64,000 nucleotides of DNA from an uncultured Actinomycetes bacterium (GTDB taxonomy: Bacteria > Actinomycetota > Coriobacteriia > Anaerosomatales > PHET01), in assembly GCA_963700665.1 (NCBI GenBank), contig CAVOYK010000009.1, positions 52,324-116,323 on the forward strand, in the 5' to 3' direction. A program made the position numbers and the translations under genes. Of this stretch, positions 57,389-64,000 are shown piece after piece. The notes beneath the pieces are model-generated. The model saw only the letters and a program-made list of their open reading frames with translations, did not search any database and had not been told where the DNA came from. Each line of letters opens with the position of its first letter. Position 1 is the stretch's first letter.

Positions 57389-60300
57389 TCATTCCTTCCA
57401 AGGAGTGCGATTGGGCTCAGCAGAGTATATAGCACCAAGGATACCGAGAACGGCTCCGGACACGGAGTCTCCATAACCTATCGACGAGGACAACTCCTTC
57501 TTGCGCTCGACGTAGACGGCGCCCAGCGCACCCATGCGGCCCATCTGTTCGTCGTCGAGATCGACCTTGGACACCGTGATTCGGTGCCGGACGACCGCCA
57601 CGTTCGTGATTCCAAGGTCTGCGGCCAGCGCCTTGATTCGAGCTATGTCCACGAGGTTGCGCGCCGGTTCGGGGAGCGCGCCGTAGCTCTCCCTGAGCTC
57701 GGCTGAGACCGCGTCGACCGACTCGATGGTGGGCGACCCGGCCAGGCGCCGGTAGTAGCGGACCCGCTCGTCGACCTCGGCCAGGTACTCCTCGGGGATG
57801 AAGGCGGAGATCGGCAGATCGACTCGGACGTCTGGGTGAGCGACCAGGGGTTCGCCTCGCGCTTCGGTGACCGCCTCCATCAGCATCTGGGCGAACAGGT
57901 CGAAGCCGACCGCGGACAGGTTGCCGCTTTGCTCGGCGCCGATGAGCGAACCGGCCCCCCGGATCTCGAGGTCTCGCATCGCGATCTTGATGCCGCTGCC
58001 CAGGTCGTCGTGGTCCCGGATCGCAGTCAGGCGTTCGACAGCCTGCTCGGTGAGCGATGCGGTGCGCGGGAACAGGAAGTACGCGTACGCCTTGACATGG
58101 CTGCGACCCACCCTGCCCTTGAGCTGGTAGAGCTGTGCCAGGCCCAAACGCTGCGAGTCCTCGATGATGAGCGTGTTGCTGTGCGGATTGTCGATGCCGC
58201 TCTCGATGATCGTCGTGGCCACGAGCACATCGGCCTCGTTCGCGGCGAACTGCTCCATCACGGCCTCGAGTTGCTTCTCGGACATCTGCCCGTGCGCTAC
58301 CGCGATGCGCGCCTCCGGTGCCGCGTCGCGCACGCGCGCCACGGCGTCGTCGATGGTCCTGACGCGGTTGCTGACGTAGTAGACCTGGCCACCACGCTCG
58401 AGCTCGCGACGGATCGATCCGGACACGACGTCCTCGTCCCACTCGCCTACATGCACCTGCACGGGAAAGCGGTTGGGCGGCGGCGTGTCGATGACCGACA
58501 TGTCCCGGACTCCAGAGAGCGACATCTGCAGGGTGCGAGGTATCGGCGTCGCCGAGAGGGTCAGAATATCAACCTGCTCGCGCAGGTTCTTGAGTTGCTC
58601 CTTGTGCTCCACACCGAAACGCTGCTCCTCGTCGATGACGACGAGGCCGAGGTCTTTGGGGGTCACGTCGCGAGACAGCAGCCTGTGCGTACCCACGAGT
58701 ACCGCGACCTCGCCGACGGCGAAGCCCTCAAGCGCGGCTTTCTGCTCGGTGTCGGTCCGAAAGCGGCTCATGACCTCCACTCGCACGCCGAACGGCTCGA
58801 ACCTCTCCGAGAAGTTCGTGTAGTGCTGTTGCGCAAGAATCGTGGTGGGACACAACACCATGACCTGCTTTCCGTCTTGCGCCGCCTTGAATGCGGCACG
58901 GATCGCAACCTCGGTCTTGCCGTATCCAACGTCGCCACAGACCAGACGGTCCATCGGCTTGTCTGACTCCATGTCCACCTTCACGTCCGCGATGGCCGCA
59001 AGCTGGTCCGGCGTCTCCTCGTAGGGGAACATCGCCTCCATCTCAAGCTGCCACGGCGTGTCTTGTCCGTATGCGTGGCCGGTCACGGTCGAGCGTCGCG
59101 CGTACAGGTCGACCAGGTCGAACGCGAGCGCACGAGCGGCCTTGCGAGCTTTGCCGGTAGCGCGACTCCAGTCCGCGGTGTTGAGCCGAGTGATCCGCGG
59201 AGCGCCGCCATCGGGGCCGACGAACTTGGTCACACGGTCGATCTGCTCGGCCGGCACGAAGAGGCGATCGCCCTTCGCGTACTCGAGAAGCAGGTAGTCG
59301 CGCTCGGCGCCCAGCACCTCTTGGCGCACCACGTCTCGGAAGAGCGCGATGCCGTGGACGGCATGCACGACGTAGTCGCCGGGCACGAATGCGAACGTCA
59401 CCCGGGTCGGATCGATCTCTCGGCGGCGCCGGCGCTGCGTCGAGCGCGGGTAGACGTCGTCGATCGACACGACAGCGAGCCTCGCGTCGGGCACGACGAA
59501 GCCCGCCGGCACGTCGACGTCGGTCAAGTCGACAGTGCCCGGCTCGAGCCGACCGAGAACGGGCAGATCATCACCGGAGGTTCGGTCGCGTTCCTCTGCG
59601 ACGGAGAGGCCAGCCTCGGCAAGGGCGTCGCCGACCTTGCGCCGAGTACGACGATCGGGCACGGCCAATGCGACTCCGTAGCCTGCCGAAAGCAGCGACC
59701 TCACGCCACCGACGAACTTTTCCTCGCCTCCCGATACCTCGGGCCTGCGAGCGACGAGTTCCCCGTCCACGCCCGCGCCGGCGCGGAGCAACGAAAGCAG
59801 GGTGAGACGCTGGCGGTCGCCAAAGTCGATCTGCGCCGGCGAGAGGTAGAGCCCTTCCAGGGCCGGCTTGGCAGGTGCTACCGAATGGTATCCCGCGGCT
59901 TTCGCCGCGGTCTCGAGCTCTTCTCTGCGCCGGACGGTGTCGTCGAACAGCGAGCGCGGCTCGGCCACCACTACGAGGACCTCCGAGCCCAGGTACTCCG
60001 TGGGCGCCGCCGTCCTCTTGTAGAGCAGAGGCAGGAAGCGTTCGACACCGTTGAACGGGATACCTTGGCCGAGCATCTCGAGCTGGCGTGCCAGTTCGGG
60101 GTCCTTGAGGGCTCGATCGCCGAGGGCTCGCTCGGCTGCTTCAGCGCCGCGTTGGGAGAGAGTCAGCTCGCGGCACGGGTAGGCCTCGACCGGCTCGCTG
60201 TCGCCGATCGTCTGGCCGGTGCCCGGCACGTAGCGCTTGAGCGTCTCGATCTCGTCGCCGAACAGCTCGGCTCGTACCGGATGCTGGCTGCCGGCGCTGT

Positions 60301-60850
60301 AGACGTCGAGGATGCCGCCTCGGATCGCGAAGGTCCCCGGCTCGTCTGCGGCCTCGGCTCGGCTGTAGCCCATGCTCACCAGCCGCACGGCGGCAGCCTC
60401 GAGGTCTACGGTCCCGCCCACCGCGAGAGTGAGGGGATCGAACACGCGGCTGCCCTGGGGCGGGACCGCGCGCAGAAGCGCGCGCGCGGCGGCCACCACG
60501 ACCACGGGGCGATTCTTGTCCAGCGCGTACAGGGCGCGAGCGCGAGCGCCGACCTCGCCCAGGTCGGGGGCGCTTGACGACCACGGAGTGTCCGACCGAT
60601 CGGTCAGCAGCAGCACTCGCTCCCGGCCGAGGAAGGCAGCTGTCTGGCGCCAGAAGCGCTCGGCTACCTCGGTCCCCGCTACCACGACGAACATCGGACG
60701 AGGGCTGAGGCGGTAGAGCGCTGCAACAAGCGCCGGGCGCACGAGTCCGGGCGCCGAGAGCGTCGCGTCCGAGCCGTGCGAGAGTAGTTCGGCTATGGCA
60801 CCGAACGAGGGCGCCTGGCGTAGAGAGGCTGCGAGTCTGTCGATGAGCAT
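57389..60850 (-). CDS. mfd: Transcription-repair coupling factor Mfd
   Basis: Intact 3.46 kb from ATG 60850 (the track ORF extends to 61117). Sequence includes GDYVVHAVHGIA, DRLVCGDVGYGKTEVA, VIDEEQRFG and QLYQLKGRVGRS. Confidence 0.9.
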   Translation of the reverse strand: MLIDRLAASLRQAPSFGAIAELLSHGSDATLSAPGLVRPALVAALYRLSPRPMFVVVAGTEVAERFWRQTAAFLGRERVLLLTDRSDTPWSSSAPDLGEVGARARALYALDKNRPVVVVAAARALLRAVPPQGSRVFDPLTLAVGGTVDLEAAAVRLVSMGYSRAEAADEPGTFAIRGGILDVYSAGSQHPVRAELFGDEIETLKRYVPGTGQTIGDSEPVEAYPCRELTLSQRGAEAAERALGDRALKDPELARQLEMLGQGIPFNGVERFLPLLYKRTAAPTEYLGSEVLVVVAEPRSLFDDTVRRREELETAAKAAGYHSVAPAKPALEGLYLSPAQIDFGDRQRLTLLSLLRAGAGVDGELVARRPEVSGGEEKFVGGVRSLLSAGYGVALAVPDRRTRRKVGDALAEAGLSVAEERDRTSGDDLPVLGRLEPGTVDLTDVDVPAGFVVPDARLAVVSIDDVYPRSTQRRRRREIDPTRVTFAFVPGDYVVHAVHGIALFRDVVRQEVLGAERDYLLLEYAKGDRLFVPAEQIDRVTKFVGPDGGAPRITRLNTADWSRATGKARKAARALAFDLVDLYARRSTVTGHAYGQDTPWQLEMEAMFPYEETPDQLAAIADVKVDMESDKPMDRLVCGDVGYGKTEVAIRAAFKAAQDGKQVMVLCPTTILAQQHYTNFSERFEPFGVRVEVMSRFRTDTEQKAALEGFAVGEVAVLVGTHRLLSRDVTPKDLGLVVIDEEQRFGVEHKEQLKNLREQVDILTLSATPIPRTLQMSLSGVRDMSVIDTPPPNRFPVQVHVGEWDEDVVSGSIRRELERGGQVYYVSNRVRTIDDAVARVRDAAPEARIAVAHGQMSEKQLEAVMEQFAANEADVLVATTIIESGIDNPHSNTLIIEDSQRLGLAQLYQLKGRVGRSHVKAYAYFLFPRTASLTEQAVERLTAIRDHDDLGSGIKIAMRDLEIRGAGSLIGAEQSGNLSAVGFDLFAQMLMEAVTEARGEPLVAHPDVRVDLPISAFIPEEYLAEVDERVRYYRRLAGSPTIESVDAVSAELRESYGALPEPARNLVDIARIKALAADLGITNVAVVRHRITVSKVDLDDEQMGRMGALGAVYVERKKELSSSIGYGDSVSGAVLGILGAIYSAEPNRTPWKE

Positions 60851-61023
60851 CTGGCGATGGCTCCTCATTCGGGTCAAGAACAGCACGAAAGCCCGCGAAC
60901 GGGCGCTCGTGCGCTTCCGTTCGCGGGGACGGTTGAGACTATCCCCGCTCTCGGCGCGGGTCAAGCGACGCACGCTCGACACAGATTCGCGCCGCCCGGC
61001 CGGAGAGACTAGACTTCCTCGCC

Positions 61024-62429
61024 ATGGACACAGAACAGGAGCAGCGGGCGAGCAAATCCGAGACGGGCGACAGTCCGGCGCTCGAAACCCGCGAAGCCGA
61101 CGTCGAGGCTCCGCCACAACCCATCGTTCGAAGAGCCGGCACGTTCGAGTCCTTCAAGCACCGCGACTTCGTCTGGTTCTGGTTCGGCGCGCTGGTGAGC
61201 AACGTGGGCACGTGGATGCAGAACTACGCACTGGGCATCGTCGTGTTCGCATTCCGAAAATCCGAGTTCGACCTGGGTCTCATCAACTTCATCTCGGGAA
61301 TCCCGGTGCTGTTCCTCGCCATCGCAGGCGGTGCACTCGCGGACCGCGTGAACCGGCGCAAGCTCCTGATCTGGGTACAGGTGGTGCTCATCGCACAGGC
61401 CACCGCGCTCGGCTGGCTCTACACATCCGGCCGGCTCTCTGGATCGGACCCCGTCGTTTCGCTTCTGTGGGTGGCTCTGCTCGGCGCCATCGCCGGCGTG
61501 TTCGCCGCATTGCAGTTCCCCGCGTGGCAGGCGATGCTTCCCGACCTCGTTCCGCGTGCAGTCGCTCTTGAACGGCATCGCGCTCAACTCAGCCCAGTTC
61601 CAATCATCACGCCTCATCGGCCCGCTTGTCGCGGGAGCACTGGTCGTGGCCGGGGCCGGCATGGGCGAGATCTTCTACGTGAATGCGGCGTCGTTCCTGT
61701 TCGTGATCGCGTCGCTGTGGGTCATCAGGCCGAATCAGGACCGTAGCCACGCGCCGCGACGAGGCAAGACCATCGAGACGCTCCTGGGCGGTCTGAGCTA
61801 CGCGCGCAAAGAAGACACGGTCAGTCGGCGTGCTGCTTCTGAGCACCGCGATCATGACGATCTTCGGCTTCCCGTACATGACGCTGCTACCCGCCATCGC
61901 CGACAAGTCCCTGGGCTTCGCCTCGGGCACCGACAGTTACAACCGCGCGGTCGCGGTGATCATGGCCGCGAACGGCTTGGGGGCCATGGTCGGCGCGCTC
62001 TCCGTCGCGAGCCTGCCGTCCACCGTTCGGCGCAACCGGATCATCCCGCTGTCACTGCTGAGCTTCGGCGTGCTGCTCTTCGGCTTCTCTCTCTCACGCA
62101 CACTGTGGGTGAGCGTGGTGATCTCCGCGTTCGCGGGAGCGGCGCTCATGACTACGAACTCGCTCGCGAACACGTCTATCCAAGCGTCGGTGCCTGCGCA
62201 GCTTCGCGGCAGGGTCATGGGGCTGTTTGTCATGTCCTTCATGGGCATCATGCCAATCTCAGGACTGGCCTTTGGAGCTGTCGGCGAATTCATCGGTCCA
62301 TCCAATGCAGTGCTCGTGGGTTCGATCGCGCTCATCGCATGGGCGGCTCTCCTGGTCGCTAAGCCCAAGTGGCTGCAGTCGAGCAGTGATGAACCGACGT
62401 CCCGGACGGGTATGGGTTCCACGAACTGA
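61024..62429 (+). pseudogene. MFS transporter (EntS/DUF894-like); 2 frame changes (~61555, ~61825)
   Basis: Fragments 61024..61746, 61556..62362 and 61830..62429 join into a protein with about 12 TM helices (FVWFWFGALVSNVGTWMQ..., ALADRVNRRK). Confidence 0.7.
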
Positions 62430-62451
62430 CCGACGAGCCACGGGAGTCCCC

Positions 62452-63156
62452 ATGTCCGCTGCGCGAGCCGCCGAAGAACCCATCCCCGACCTGCCGCAAG
62501 AGGAGCGAGAGCGACTCGCACCGATCTACGCCGAGCGGCTCGCCGACGCGTACGGCGACCCGCATGCAGCGCTGCACTTCGAGAACGCGTACCAGCTGCT
62601 GATAGCCGTGATCCTGTCCGCGCAGACCACCGACGTCGGGGTCAACAAGGCGACACCTGCGCTGTTTGAGCGCTACCCCACGCCCGCGGACCTTGCGGGC
62701 GCACAGCAGGAAGAGGTGGAGGGGTACGTCAAGACACTCGGCTTCTACCACCAGAAGGCCAAGCACATCATCGCGACAGCGCAGTGCATCGTCGCCGAAT
62801 TCGGAGGCCACGTGCCCGACACGATGGAGGGACTGACGTCGCTGTCAGGGGTGGCTCGCAAGACAGCGAACATCGTGCTCGGTGAGGCGTTCGGCAAGGT
62901 CGAAGGCATCGCAGTCGACACTCACGTGTTCCGACTGGCACACCGCTTTGGCCTCTCCACGCACAACGATCCCAACAAGGTCGAGCGAGACCTGATGTCG
63001 CTCTTCCCACAGGACCACTGGCACAGGGTCAACTACGATCTCATCACGCACGGGCGTCAGGTGTGCACCGCCAAGCGACCGGCGTGCGGAGCGTGCTTCC
63101 TCTCCGACGAATGCCCCAGCGCGTTCAAGCCCGCCAAGTGGCGGCAGGAGGTCTGA
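62452..63156 (+). CDS. nth: Endonuclease III
   Basis: ATG at 62452. Sequence LLIAVILSAQTTD, HhH GVARKTANIV, catalytic DTHV, and FeS cluster C-x6-C-x2-C-x5-C (CTAKRPACGACFLSDEC). Confidence 0.9.
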   Translation: MSAARAAEEPIPDLPQEERERLAPIYAERLADAYGDPHAALHFENAYQLLIAVILSAQTTDVGVNKATPALFERYPTPADLAGAQQEEVEGYVKTLGFYHQKAKHIIATAQCIVAEFGGHVPDTMEGLTSLSGVARKTANIVLGEAFGKVEGIAVDTHVFRLAHRFGLSTHNDPNKVERDLMSLFPQDHWHRVNYDLITHGRQVCTAKRPACGACFLSDECPSAFKPAKWRQEV

Positions 63157-63201
63157 GCGCCAAACGCCCGAAGCGCGATCGACACCAGCCCGGCGCGAAC
63201 G

Positions 63202-63936
63202 CTACTCCGCGACTTTTCGCTCCTCACGTACCTGTGCGCCCGCAACACGTTCGAGGGTCTCGGTGTACTCGACAAGCTCGATCTCGCATCCCTCGCCGAG
63301 CGTGACGCGTGCTCCACGCACGACCTTCGCTGTCGTGCTGATCAGGTAGACGTCGTCGGCCTCGATCGAGTCCGCCACCAGGCGCCGGTCGGAGAACATC
63401 GAGAATATCGACGTGAAGCCCTCGGGTACGCGCAGGGTGATGCGCTCGCCACCGATCTCACGAGCCGAGCTACGGCCGTGGAGCTTCAGGTCGATCACGT
63501 CGGCGTTGAGCAGGCCGTTGACCACAAAGCGGCCCTCGCCGGTGAACGACTCGCTGGTCAGGTCGCCCCCGACACGAAGCTCACCGCGAACGTCGACCTC
63601 GTGGGCGGCCAGCCCGCCGTCGAGTCCACAGGTGCCTCGAACCAGCAGACGGCCCACGCCCACTCCGGCGTGTATGTCGGTCGAGCCGTTGACCTGCATC
63701 TCGCCGGCCTGCACGGTTCCATCGAAGGTGCCGGCGCCGTTCACAGAGATCGAGTCGGCCTTGACCGAGCCCTTGCACTTTGCCGCGCCGTTCATCTTGA
63801 GCTCGCGACACTGTACGTCGCCGGTCACTGTCCCCGCACCGTTTATGGTTATTGCGCCGTAGACGCCGCCAGAGATGGTGCCGTCGCCAGCGACTCGCGC
63901 ATCGTTCAGAGTCTCAGCCATCACAGATCCTTTCAC
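63202..63936 (-). CDS. Bactofilin-like polymer-forming cytoskeletal protein
   Basis: 244 aa with repetitive beta-helix pattern (ITINGAGTVTGDV, ISVNGAGTFDGTV, MQVNGSTDIHAGV). Confidence 0.6.
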   Translation of the reverse strand: MKGSVMAETLNDARVAGDGTISGGVYGAITINGAGTVTGDVQCRELKMNGAAKCKGSVKADSISVNGAGTFDGTVQAGEMQVNGSTDIHAGVGVGRLLVRGTCGLDGGLAAHEVDVRGELRVGGDLTSESFTGEGRFVVNGLLNADVIDLKLHGRSSAREIGGERITLRVPEGFTSIFSMFSDRRLVADSIEADDVYLISTTAKVVRGARVTLGEGCEIELVEYTETLERVAGAQVREERKVAE

Positions 63937-64000
63937 TACTTCAAGCGGGCGCCGAGCGCCTCTGTCGCTTCCTGCAGGTTGATGCGCGCGAGCAGCTTGG
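63936..64000 (-). CDS. 3' end of an unidentified gene running off the right edge
   Basis: Manual translation gives ...KLLARINLQEATEALGARLK followed by TAG (63938..63936), which overlaps the next GTG. Confidence 0.3.
   Translation of the reverse strand, partial: KLLARINLQEATEALGARLK

Overview
High-GC bacterial chromosome segment (GC judged by eye, not computed). The right third carries the core gene order mfd, PPIase, mazG, eno, ftsB, DUF501, ppx, which matches M. tuberculosis Rv1020-Rv1026, so I infer an Actinomycetota-type genome. No transposase, integrase, phage gene, CRISPR array or rRNA is recognisable. One tRNA is present: tRNA-Leu(UAA). Three themes stand out. (1) Bases 1-19,315 are one minus-strand supercluster: cytochrome b, at least 5 multihaem c-type cytochromes (about 50 haem-binding motifs by my count), TPR, NHL, FN3 and FG-GAP envelope proteins, and a Tat-exported [NiFe]-hydrogenase whose third gene is a multihaem cytochrome. 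Its two main promoters carry the same 18-bp palindrome. I read this as a candidate H2-linked extracellular or cell-wall-spanning electron-transfer system. (2) At 30.6-35.8 kb, two paralogous NrfH/NapC-type membrane cytochromes sit next to an OmpR/histidine-kinase pair. The second paralogue carries a recently expanded tandem array of 36-aa di-haem modules. (3) A scattered selenium set is present: selB, selA, a yedF-like gene, DUF3343 and selD. selD itself contains an in-frame UGA (selenocysteine) that the ORF track truncates. No tRNA-Sec is found in the window. A Fur-family regulator with a perfect 7-1-7 box precedes a CbiMQO-type Ni/Co transporter. Major caveat: many genes can only be reconstructed by allowing 1-bp frame changes, and these are strongly clustered. 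They are dense in the cytochrome/hydrogenase cluster and at 45.5-53.3 kb, and absent from about 10 kb and about 7.5 kb of other genes. I cannot tell assembly indels from real gene decay. All product calls come from motif recognition by eye on the supplied translations plus manual re-translation. No database search was run.
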